Virus record (IMG/VR): IMGVR_UViG_3300045988_131721
Coordinates: 32,001 to 96,000 of that record
Source of the DNA: a virus
Reading direction: 5' to 3' (one strand)
DNA length: 64,000 nucleotides
The position numbers were made by a program, and so were the translations under genes. Shown in pieces: positions 51,205 to 59,779 of the stretch (the first letter of the stretch is position 1; the number at the start of each line of letters is the position of its first letter). Under the pieces are notes generated by a model. It worked only from the letters and a program-made list of their open reading frames with translations. It made no database searches and was not told the DNA's origin.

Positions 51205-51984
51205 ATGGGAAGAAATAAAATTAATAGAACAGGAGAGAAGAATGTTAATAATTTTGGAAGTGAAATGGTAATTATTAAATATAATAATGCACATGATATA
51301 GATGTTTATTTTCCAAAATATAATTATACAGCTAGAAATAGAGAATATGGAAGTTTTAAAAAGGGGAATGTCAAATGCCCATATGATAGAACTGTGTTTG
51401 GAATAGGTTATGTTGGTGAAGGAAAATATAAAGTGAGTGAAAATTGTAAACTAACTAGAGCCTATAATACATGGATGCATATGTTAGAAAGATGTTATGA
51501 TAAAAAACTACATGAAAAACGTCCCACTTATATTGGATGTACAGTATCAGAAGAATGGCATAACTTTCAAAATTTTGCTAAATGGTATTATAATAGCTAT
51601 TATGAGATAGAAAGTCAAAAAATGCATTTAGATAAAGATATTTTAATTAAAGGAAATAAAATTTATAGTCCAAAAACTTGTATATTTGTACCAGAAAGAA
51701 TAAATACTTTATTTACTAAACGACAAAATAAGAGGGGAGAATCGGTTATTGGAACAAGTCCTAAAAATGGCAAATATGTAGTGCAATGTCATTTAATCAA
51801 TCCTAAAACAGGAGAATCTAAACAAGAACATTTAGGCTATTATAATACACAAGAGAAAGCTTTTGAAATATACAAATACTATAAAGAGAAAAACATTAAG
51901 GAAGTGGCAGATTATTATAAGGAACAGATACCTCAAATTCTTTATAACGCTTTATATAATTATGAAGTTGAAATATATGATTAG
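51205..51984 (+). CDS. Homing-endonuclease-like protein, family 1, copy 8
   Basis: MGRNKINRTGEKNVNNFGSEMVIIKY plus the full block set. Last gene of the plus-strand arm. Confidence 0.65.
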   Translation: MGRNKINRTGEKNVNNFGSEMVIIKYNNAHDIDVYFPKYNYTARNREYGSFKKGNVKCPYDRTVFGIGYVGEGKYKVSENCKLTRAYNTWMHMLERCYDKKLHEKRPTYIGCTVSEEWHNFQNFAKWYYNSYYEIESQKMHLDKDILIKGNKIYSPKTCIFVPERINTLFTKRQNKRGESVIGTSPKNGKYVVQCHLINPKTGESKQEHLGYYNTQEKAFEIYKYYKEKNIKEVADYYKEQIPQILYNALYNYEVEIYD

Positions 51985-52003
51985 TCCAAAAAATAAAAAA
52001 GTT

Positions 52004-52044
52004 GGGATAGATGTTAATTTAAAACACCTATCCCTTTATTTATG
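52004..52044. terminator. Bidirectional terminator at the convergence point of the two arms
   Basis: GGGATAG...CTATCCC, with an inner TGTT/AACA extension. Flanked by an A-run on the left (T-run for the minus strand) and TTTATTT on the right. Confidence 0.6.
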
Positions 52045-52052
52045 TCTGTTTT

Positions 52053-52111
52053 TACAGGTATAAACTATCAATGAAGAAATTTAAACGCCTTAGAATCGAT
52101 TTTACAGCGTC
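52053..52111. repeat. Terminator-adjacent repeat element, copy C
   Basis: TACAGGTATAAACTATCAATGAAGAAATTTAAACGCCTTAGAATCGATTTTACAGCGTC, homologous to 27598-27656. Confidence 0.6.
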
Positions 52112-52135
52112 ATTATTTCTGCAATACTCGGAAAT

Positions 52136-52975
52136 TTATATAATTTCTAAATATTTTTTATTGACAAACCCATAATCTGTATTTGTATAAACAGATACCC
52201 ATCCATTCAATGAATATCCTATAGTTACAATTTCACCTTTCTTTAATACAAATTTAACTTTACCTAAATTACCATTTTTATCTGGTCGTGTATCTCTAAC
52301 ATTTAAAGTTGTACAATTAATTACTCTTGCTTGAACATTATAAGCCTTCTTGTCTTCTATTGTCTTATCAACAACTTTTTCTTCTCCAATTACACTGTTA
52401 CCTTTTCCATTGGTACAATTTCTTATGTTTGATTCTTTTAATTTTCCTATCATATAGTTATAACAATCTAATTTAAATTGTTCCCATTGAGATTTATGAT
52501 TTACAAAGTATCTTGGACAAATTTTACCTGTAACATCGTAATGTCTTATAAAATCTTTTCTAGGGTCTAACCCGTATAATTTAGCTAACCAAGCACCTGT
52601 TTTAATCATTGAAACATATTCTTTGTCAGTGTAATGGTCGTCTGAACCTGTTGTTGCACATTCTACTCCTACACTATAAGCATTTGCACTATTTGTTGTA
52701 TAAGCTATTTCGTTAAATGGAATTATATGATATATTTCTCCTTCAAGTCCCATAACTAAATGAGAACTAGCGTATATATATCTACCATTTACTCTATATC
52801 CATTAGCTACAACGTTAGAAAAATAACTTACTGTATTTTTAGCAGAAACATCATGTTGTCCTGTAAAATGCCATGCTATTTTAGTTGTTCTTCTTCTTTT
52901 AGTTCCAGGTCTCCCATATTTATTGATTTTCATAAATTTTTCTATCATTTCTGGTTTTTGTACCATATTAATCAA
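52136..52975 (-). CDS. Endolysin: N-acetylmuramoyl-L-alanine amidase (Amidase_2/PGRP type) with C-terminal SH3-like wall-binding domain
   Basis: KIAWHFTGQ...SSHLVMGLEGEIYHIIP...NAYSVGVECA. C-terminus LNVRDTRPDKNGNLGKVKFVLKKGEIVTI...NGWVSVY. Confidence 0.8.
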   Translation of the reverse strand: MINMVQKPEMIEKFMKINKYGRPGTKRRRTTKIAWHFTGQHDVSAKNTVSYFSNVVANGYRVNGRYIYASSHLVMGLEGEIYHIIPFNEIAYTTNSANAYSVGVECATTGSDDHYTDKEYVSMIKTGAWLAKLYGLDPRKDFIRHYDVTGKICPRYFVNHKSQWEQFKLDCYNYMIGKLKESNIRNCTNGKGNSVIGEEKVVDKTIEDKKAYNVQARVINCTTLNVRDTRPDKNGNLGKVKFVLKKGEIVTIGYSLNGWVSVYTNTDYGFVNKKYLEII

Positions 52976-52982
52976 CTCCTTT

Positions 52983-53021
52983 ATAAAATAAAAAGAGAGC
53001 AGATAAAATCCACTCTCTTTT
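52983..53021 (-). terminator. Hairpin terminator/attenuator between the holin and endolysin genes
   Basis: AAAGAGAG, 13-nt loop, CTCTCTTT. On the minus strand it is followed by TTTTATTTTAT, just before the endolysin RBS. Confidence 0.5.
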
Positions 53022-53180
53022 GGCTTTGGTTTATATTTAAATTATAAGAAATTTATAAATTAATCTTACTTATAATTTAAATAGTAGTATTATAAAATAA
53101 TTAATAAAGTTTTTGGAATATAATTTTGACAAAATTTATCCTTACTTTATTATAACACTTCACATCTTATTTTACAATAA

Positions 53181-53447
53181 TTATTTTTCGTCTTTATTAA
53201 TTAAATTTCTATAAGCTTCATACAATCCTGTACTTGCTAATCCTGTAATTAAACCACTTAAAATTACATTAAAATCATAACTTTGAGCATTAACTATTGC
53301 AACAAGCATACCTACAATTCCCATAATTAAAGGTATATATCTATTTGGTATTTTAGGTATTGAAGTTTTAATTATATATCCAATCACCAAACAAAATAAC
53401 ATCACACCACCATTTATTAAACTCATGTATAAATCTAAATCAATCAT
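53181..53447 (-). CDS. Holin
   Basis: 88 aa, two or three membrane helices, charged C-terminus KDEK. Adjacent to the endolysin. Confidence 0.7.
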   Translation of the reverse strand: MIDLDLYMSLINGGVMLFCLVIGYIIKTSIPKIPNRYIPLIMGIVGMLVAIVNAQSYDFNVILSGLITGLASTGLYEAYRNLINKDEK

Positions 53448-53737
53448 TATTCATTTCCTCCTTTTTCATGTTGTTTCATATCTCTAATATCCATTTTTAA
53501 ATCACTCATATCATGTTTTAAGTCATCAATTTTTACATTTGTATCTCTTACTTCATTACTTATTTCTTTTATCGTTAATGAGAACTCATTTACAGTTTTA
53601 TGAAATTCTTCTACTGAAGTTTTATATAAGTCTCTATTTTGATTATCCTCATTTAAAACTTGTTGTATTAAAATCCATACCAATATTACAAAAACTCCCA
53701 TTGCACCATAATTACTCAACACCTCCAATAAATCCAT
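53447..53737 (-). CDS. Membrane-anchored coiled-coil protein of the lysis cassette
   Basis: N-terminal helix GAMGVFVILVWILIQQVL, then a heptad-like DLKHDMSDLKMDIRDMK. Preceded on its own strand by AATAATTAATAAA plus an RBS. Confidence 0.5.
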   Translation of the reverse strand: MDLLEVLSNYGAMGVFVILVWILIQQVLNEDNQNRDLYKTSVEEFHKTVNEFSLTIKEISNEVRDTNVKIDDLKHDMSDLKMDIRDMKQHEKGGNE

Positions 53738-54003
53738 TATTAGCACCACCTTTCTTTATTAATTATTTATTATGGGTATACAACTTTAAGTGTGGAAAGT
53801 CTAGAAACATTAGTTGCATGTCCCAAATCTGTCTAGCATTTAAATCCTCTTTGTTCCTCAGTAGCAAGAATCTATCTTTTTCAAAAACCCGTATTTTTTA
53901 TTAAATTTCTTCTGTGTCCTTTTCTTTTTACTTCTTCTTTTGGGAATATTTGTTTCACTTTCAAATGGATAATCCACTATTTTTACTTGCATTCCATTAA
54001 AAA

Positions 54004-54360
54004 TCAAGTTCTTTCTCCTTCCTCATAAAATTCATTCAACACTTTATTTATAGTAGCTACATTGGGTCTACATGAATCATATTTTTCAGTTCCATCACTA
54101 TACATTCTAAATATTTCTATTGTTTCCTCATCAATTAGTTCAAACTCTAAATAATCGCCATTATCTTTTTCATATTCAAATCGAATACTCTCGCATACAG
54201 TTGGAAATATTTCAGGTTGATATTTTAATCCATAAATTAAATTTCTCATTATATCAATTAAATCTTTACTAATAGGTTCTGCTCCATATAAGTCCCAATT
54301 ATATTTTAATTTTGAAATTAATTTAAGTTTTTCTAAATTAGTCGAATATTTTGCACACAA
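54004..54360 (-). CDS. Hypothetical protein
   Basis: 118-aa ORF. TTG start after GGGGGTG. Confidence 0.45.
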   Translation of the reverse strand: MCAKYSTNLEKLKLISKLKYNWDLYGAEPISKDLIDIMRNLIYGLKYQPEIFPTVCESIRFEYEKDNGDYLEFELIDEETIEIFRMYSDGTEKYDSCRPNVATINKVLNEFYEEGERT

Positions 54361-54443
54361 ACTTTACACCCCCTGTAATATTTTTACCTCATTATACCAC
54401 ACTTAAAGTTATATTTTCCACAGTTATAGTTTCATACCCTTTA

Positions 54444-55139
54444 TTATAAGGCTATAGTTATTTCAATATATGGTCGAGTACTACCCGTACCACTAAAATA
54501 TCCATAATCTGTAACTGCGAATCCAGTTGGTGCTAATAGTCTAAAACCATCAATAGTACCATTTTGGATAGATTGTATTGCTGTACTATTTAATGTTAAT
54601 GTTAAAGTTCCTCCTTTATTAAAATGAGTACTACTACAATATTGAGTAGAATTAACATTATTCATTGAAAAGCTTGTAGGTCTATAAGTATTCATATTAG
54701 TTGCTCCACTTATTATAGTGTCTAATCCTGCATAATAATACGAATGTAAATTAGTTAATTTTAATTTTACGCTTGTTATTGTTCCTAGCTGTCTAGCTTG
54801 TTCAAATAAACTTTTAAAACATATTATTCCTAAATAATTAAAATTAGGATAATAACCTTGATATATTCTATCTCTTCTATCGTCATTGAAATTATCTGTA
54901 AATGTTCCAGTTGTACTAGAGCCACGATAACTTCCACTCCAATCAGCATAACCTTTTACAATATATGGTGAAGATGGAGTTGAACCTCCACCTCCAGAAG
55001 AGCCATTGCCTAAATCTATTCTTTCCATACCATTAGAAGTTTTTTTATAAACAGGACAAATTTCCATACCATTAGAAGTTTTTCTATAGATAAGTATGTT
55101 ATTTAATGAACCATTTTTATTGATGTATATACCACTCAT
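54444..55139 (-). CDS. Tail/baseplate-associated protein with Gly/Ser linker
   Basis: Lies in the tail module. Contains an in-frame 13-aa duplication (KTSNGME...) and SSGGGGSTPSS. Confidence 0.45.
   Translation of the reverse strand: MSGIYINKNGSLNNILIYRKTSNGMEICPVYKKTSNGMERIDLGNGSSGGGGSTPSSPYIVKGYADWSGSYRGSSTTGTFTDNFNDDRRDRIYQGYYPNFNYLGIICFKSLFEQARQLGTITSVKLKLTNLHSYYYAGLDTIISGATNMNTYRPTSFSMNNVNSTQYCSSTHFNKGGTLTLTLNSTAIQSIQNGTIDGFRLLAPTGFAVTDYGYFSGTGSTRPYIEITIAL
55022..55083 (-). repeat. 39-nt-period in-frame direct duplication
   Basis: TTTCCATACCATTAGAAGTTTTT occurs at 55022 and 55061. Confidence 0.7.
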
Positions 55140-55149
55140 AAAATCCCTC

Positions 55150-57429
55150 CTAATTAATATTTGAAATTTGCGAATCTGTTAAAACCGAATCATATACTTT
55201 GATGTATTCATAATCAGAATAACTATTTGTAGCATTGTATAAGTATCTTAATGATGAGGCTCTTCTTGTATAAGTTCCTTCATATTTAGTGTCACCTACA
55301 TTTAAAGTTAATTGTTTCTTAGTAGAATCACATCTCATAACTAAAATTATTTCTCCTGTAGCAACTTTACCTGTTACATTATCACCATTAATTATAGCTT
55401 GGTAAACTGTGCTTGAAGGCATTATATTACAAGCCATATTATCAGTCCAATTTCCTGTTCCTGCTCCTAAAGTCACAATGTTATCACCAGAAGCTACTAC
55501 GCTTGCATTTGTAGGATTAACTAATATTTTAGCCACCACTGTATAACTATTTAAATTTAACGAACCAACATTGCATAAGAAATATTTATCTCCATTAAAT
55601 CTAACTCTACCATTAACTTTTTGCACAGTTCCATTAATTGTAGCTGATTTATCTCCTACTAAATCCACCCATTTATTTGCTCCACTTGTAAAATTAGATG
55701 CATTTAATTCAAACACAGGATTAGGAACAGTTGTAGTGGTTGTCAATGTAGCACTTGCTGTGATTATTACATTACCAGTAACTTTAGATATGTTAATTGT
55801 ATTATTTGCCACTGAAGTAGAAGTTATATTTGTTCCACCCATTGTAACTACTATAGAATTAATAGTATATCCATTATAAGCTGTTAATTTTGCACTATAT
55901 GATTTATTTTTTTCTATACTTGTCATATCATTGTTTGTAATTACATTAGTTAAGTTATTTGAAATAACATATTTATCAGTACTTGGAGTAGTACTTCCTC
56001 CACTAGAAATTCCTTCTATTTTTATTAATATATCATTTTCTCTAGCGTCTGAAGGGAATTCTGAACCTGTATAAATTCTGATTCCATTTATTTCAATACA
56101 ACCTAATGCTAATCTACTATTATTGATTTCTCCATTTCTCTTCATTTCAAATTGAGAATTGTCAACACTGTAATCTATTTTTCCTTCAACTGAAACATTT
56201 ATATCTCCGTTAACATCTAATCTATCTGTTACATTTTTTACCGAATTAACTTCATTTATATCAGCTTTATTAACATACGCTTTATCAAATCTATATTCTT
56301 CTGAACCTAAACTAGAACTTATTCCTCTTTCATAAGGTATTAAGCCTTCTTTAGTTGTACGAATAGCTCTAGTTTCATTACCATCTTCAGTAATCATACC
56401 TTTGTAACCGTCTATCTCTTTAACTAATAAACCTTTTGTTTCATCTATTTTTTCAATGTAATTATTATGTGTATGATTTATATCGGCATATTTTTTATCG
56501 CAATTATTTTTAAAATCTGCTAGAGTAGTTTTAACACTATCTTGTAAATCTTTTATATCTTTTTCACTAGCAAATCCATCAAAATCAATATTATTATTGT
56601 CCATAATTATTTCAACTAACCATGTACCTATATAACTTAATCTACACTTATAATAACCTCTAGCAAGTCTATAAACATAATCTTTTTCTGCACTTCTAAA
56701 TGTTGCATAAATCACTTCTAATGTATTTATGTATAGTATAAATTCATTATGAAAGTCTATACTAGGAAGTTTTATAACTAAATCATTATCTGTAGTTACA
56801 CTTTGATATCTATCTAAAGATAAACTTATTTCTCCATTTACAGGAAGTTTATTTACAACCAAATTGTCTAATGAATAATATAAAGCGTCCTCTATCTTAT
56901 TCATTTTTTGTGCTGTTATAGTGTCTTTGTCATACCATGTGGTTTTATTATATCTTTTATTTACATCAAATATATTTATAGGGTCTCCTATAGTTATATG
57001 AGAACTTCCTATACCACCTTGATTTACTCCACTTGAAGTATCCTCTGAATAATCAATTATAGGATTTACATGAAATTGATTATAAATTATAGGTAAATGG
57101 ATTTCACTGTTATCTTTACCAAATAATTTTATTTGAAAATTATAATCTCCTATTTCTACAACTTCATCAACTATATCTTCTGTAACTTTTAAAATTATTT
57201 CGTTAATATCTACTGCTGTTTTGGGAAGAACCACTTTGGTTTTATTAGGTTTTTCTAATGTTATTTGAGAATAACTAGCACCTTCTATACCTTCGCCATT
57301 AGAAAATTTATAAGGAAAACCATCAACAGTAAAATAAAGCACTATATCTTTATCTTTTTTGCTTAAAAATATATCTCTATCTAATGTTGCTTTACCACTT
57401 TTTATTTTTATATTAAATTTGCCGTACAT
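55150..57429 (-). CDS. Tail fibre / receptor-binding protein (BppU-N-like N-terminus, Ig-like and LamG-like C-terminal parts)
   Basis: 759 aa. The N-terminus is similar to that of 61576-62817. The C-terminal segment FTSGANKWVDLVGDKSATINGTVQKVNGRVRFNGDKYF is LamG-like. Confidence 0.55.
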   Translation of the reverse strand: MYGKFNIKIKSGKATLDRDIFLSKKDKDIVLYFTVDGFPYKFSNGEGIEGASYSQITLEKPNKTKVVLPKTAVDINEIILKVTEDIVDEVVEIGDYNFQIKLFGKDNSEIHLPIIYNQFHVNPIIDYSEDTSSGVNQGGIGSSHITIGDPINIFDVNKRYNKTTWYDKDTITAQKMNKIEDALYYSLDNLVVNKLPVNGEISLSLDRYQSVTTDNDLVIKLPSIDFHNEFILYINTLEVIYATFRSAEKDYVYRLARGYYKCRLSYIGTWLVEIIMDNNNIDFDGFASEKDIKDLQDSVKTTLADFKNNCDKKYADINHTHNNYIEKIDETKGLLVKEIDGYKGMITEDGNETRAIRTTKEGLIPYERGISSSLGSEEYRFDKAYVNKADINEVNSVKNVTDRLDVNGDINVSVEGKIDYSVDNSQFEMKRNGEINNSRLALGCIEINGIRIYTGSEFPSDARENDILIKIEGISSGGSTTPSTDKYVISNNLTNVITNNDMTSIEKNKSYSAKLTAYNGYTINSIVVTMGGTNITSTSVANNTINISKVTGNVIITASATLTTTTTVPNPVFELNASNFTSGANKWVDLVGDKSATINGTVQKVNGRVRFNGDKYFLCNVGSLNLNSYTVVAKILVNPTNASVVASGDNIVTLGAGTGNWTDNMACNIMPSSTVYQAIINGDNVTGKVATGEIILVMRCDSTKKQLTLNVGDTKYEGTYTRRASSLRYLYNATNSYSDYEYIKVYDSVLTDSQISNIN

Positions 57430-57440
57430 AAAATCACCTC

Positions 57441-57830
57441 CTATTTACCAAAACAAGTTAAAAATACTGTAAAACTACCTTCTAATTTTATATTTGAATC
57501 CAAATGTCTTAATCCTATCTTTACTTTATCTTTTCCAGATGGGATAGCTACAACATTTAAATTGCTATAAATGTATTTAGTAGACTCACAACTACAAGCT
57601 ACTGTAAGTATCACGTTAGGAAACGACTTCTTTAATGTAATTTCTTGTGTTATATTTTCCGAACTACCATCAGCAGTTAATGAAATAGTCATACATTCTA
57701 CTATCATTCCATTTATGTTATTGTAAATATAATCGTCACCTAATGTAACCGAACTTGAATTATCTCCAACTGTAGTTGTTCCTAATGATTGGAATGCACC
57801 ATCAATTTTGCCTAATATTGATAAATTCAT
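57441..57830 (-). CDS. Hypothetical tail-module protein
   Basis: 129-aa ORF with RBS AGGAGGTGG. Confidence 0.5.
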   Translation of the reverse strand: MNLSILGKIDGAFQSLGTTTVGDNSSSVTLGDDYIYNNINGMIVECMTISLTADGSSENITQEITLKKSFPNVILTVACSCESTKYIYSNLNVVAIPSGKDKVKIGLRHLDSNIKLEGSFTVFLTCFGK

Positions 57831-57841
57831 TAAACCACCTC

Positions 57842-59611
57842 CTAAAATCCATTTTTGTGATTAGCTCTTACATATGTTGGATAATCGAAATAGCAAGTAT
57901 CAAAATCTACGTCTACTCCACCGTAACCACTTAATTTCTTATATCCACCTTGCCATAATTTAACATCAGTTCTAGTCCAAGTACAAGCTGAACTCCATTG
58001 AGCCACCCATATGTGGTCAGTATATTTTACATTATTCCAATTTACATAATTTGTTGCCCATGAGTTATTAGTATAAATTCCTGCCATATATCCTGCATCA
58101 TTTATTATTTGACAAAAAGCGTTCATACAATTTGTCAATACGGTTTTGCCAGGATTCCCTAATTTATCAACTAAGTCATTTTCTTGGTCAAAGAATATTG
58201 GGAATTCAAATGTTTGAGAATACTTATTTAATTGTTGAACCACCCAATTTGCTTCTATTTTAACCTTTTCAACTGTATTTGCATATGAGAAAAAATACAC
58301 ACCTACAGGTATTTTGTTTTCAACACATCCTTTTAAATATTCTTCAAATTTAGGGTCTATTATAGGTTGTCCACCTTTTCTGCTACCATAACCTATTCTA
58401 AGTATTGCAAAGTTAGTTTCGCCATAAGTTTTAATTTTAGCGAAGTCAAGATTTCCTTGATATTTAGATATATCTACACCCATACAAGGCACTGTAAATC
58501 CTGTATTGCCACCTACTTCTCCCGTTCCTCCTGCATCAACTGTTATAGTGGATATAGTTACATATGAGGGATTAGCATTTATATACCCTATACTATTATT
58601 GTAACTTACTTTAACCCATGAAGTATTTGTATAGGTTTCAAGTATTGGTAATGTATATCCATTAGGTATAGCTCCTAATACTGGATATTTTACACCCATA
58701 CCACTTCTAACGTTTAAAGCATTACAAATTACTTTTGCAACTTTAGTAGTAGAAGATAATAATAATCCCACATACGCTTTACCTGTATTTTCTCCTATTG
58801 CAGTAGCAGTAGGTTGGTCTTTACAGTTTATAGCGAATACGGGAAGACTGTGTGAAGAACTTAATCCTAAAGCATCCTTACTTATTGTTCCTGTTATTTG
58901 GAATACCTTACCATCTATATCTTTTCCAGTGTCTGCAAATTTAACATATTGTCCAACATATCTTTGGTCGGTAGTTAAACATACATTTTTATCTGGATAT
59001 TTATCACTTGTAAATTCTGAATCTATATAATAACCCATTATAGTTGAGTCTAAAGTTAAATTAGATACCCATACAGTTTTATCTTCAGCAGGTGGTTTTA
59101 TAGGTGTTGGATTACTCGGAACATCTTTACCGTCGTCGTCATCGTCTTTAGGTTCTTCATAAATTCTTATCCATAATTTATATTTTGGGTCATTAGGAAT
59201 ATCACTACCAATATATATTTCTTCTTCTGTAAAATGTTCAAACATATATTTAAATATATCATTAAGAGAATCGAATTTAGTTCCTTCAATTAAACCTTCT
59301 TTATAACTGCATAATTCTTTTCTCATAGTTTCAATTAATTCATCTTTAGTCATATCGTTATTATCTAATAAAGCTCCTATGCCTTTTACTTCATACGCAA
59401 CTTTAATTTCCGTATCTAACTCTTCAAAAGAAGAAATTATCAAACATTCTCTTTCTTCGTCATATTCTGGTTTTACTCCGTTTATTTTTTTAAACCCATA
59501 TCTTTTCATTAAATCTTCATTTGTATTAAAATTAGTAATTAATATCCCATCCGAAGTTTTGTAATTTATCGGAGCAAATATTAATTTTCCGTTAATAATT
59601 TTACCGTACAT
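57842..59611 (-). CDS. Tail-associated lysin: SH3-like domain plus C-terminal GH25 muramidase
   Basis: CMGVDISKYQGNLDFAKIK...NFAILRIGYG...VGVYFFSYA (GH25). ALNVRSGMGVKYPVLGAIPNG...WVKVSY (SH3-like). Confidence 0.7.
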   Translation of the reverse strand: MYGKIINGKLIFAPINYKTSDGILITNFNTNEDLMKRYGFKKINGVKPEYDEERECLIISSFEELDTEIKVAYEVKGIGALLDNNDMTKDELIETMRKELCSYKEGLIEGTKFDSLNDIFKYMFEHFTEEEIYIGSDIPNDPKYKLWIRIYEEPKDDDDDGKDVPSNPTPIKPPAEDKTVWVSNLTLDSTIMGYYIDSEFTSDKYPDKNVCLTTDQRYVGQYVKFADTGKDIDGKVFQITGTISKDALGLSSSHSLPVFAINCKDQPTATAIGENTGKAYVGLLLSSTTKVAKVICNALNVRSGMGVKYPVLGAIPNGYTLPILETYTNTSWVKVSYNNSIGYINANPSYVTISTITVDAGGTGEVGGNTGFTVPCMGVDISKYQGNLDFAKIKTYGETNFAILRIGYGSRKGGQPIIDPKFEEYLKGCVENKIPVGVYFFSYANTVEKVKIEANWVVQQLNKYSQTFEFPIFFDQENDLVDKLGNPGKTVLTNCMNAFCQIINDAGYMAGIYTNNSWATNYVNWNNVKYTDHIWVAQWSSACTWTRTDVKLWQGGYKKLSGYGGVDVDFDTCYFDYPTYVRANHKNGF

Positions 59612-59631
59612 ATTATACCTCCTTTATTAAC

Positions 59632-59672
59632 TTTTAGCAAAAATAAAAGAAGAGGAAAATAATCCTCTTCTT
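59632..59672 (-). terminator. Rho-independent terminator
   Basis: AAGAAGAGGA-AAATAA-TCCTCTTCTT. On the minus strand it is followed by TTTTATTTTTGC. Confidence 0.75.
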
Positions 59673-59779
59673 AAAATAGAAATAATTAAATTTTTGAATA
59701 ACAACATGGTTGTTTTTATAGACATTAATATTATGTGTTTTTTATTTAATTTAGATACACAATATTTTTAAATTGTGTA

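Noticed and set aside
541-51294. Many minus-strand ORFs of 60-140 aa in the ORF track inside the plus-strand arm, for example 541-753, 1311-1583, 6056-6343, 7809-8054, 25660-26085, 28338-28640, 32824-33183, 38247-38604, 50010-50339 and 51019-51294.
   Set aside because: They are embedded antisense in long plus-strand ORFs that have clear motifs and RBSs. Their translations are low-complexity (Ile/Leu/Phe/Ser/Tyr-rich), as expected from antisense reading of AT-rich coding DNA. None has a convincing SD.
53750-54003. Small minus-strand ORFs in the gap upstream of the lysis genes, for example MQVKIVDYPFESETNIPKRRSKKKRTQKKFNKKYGFLKKIDSCY.
   Set aside because: There is no clear RBS, the frames are interrupted or overlapping, and the composition is consistent with chance. 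Left unannotated.
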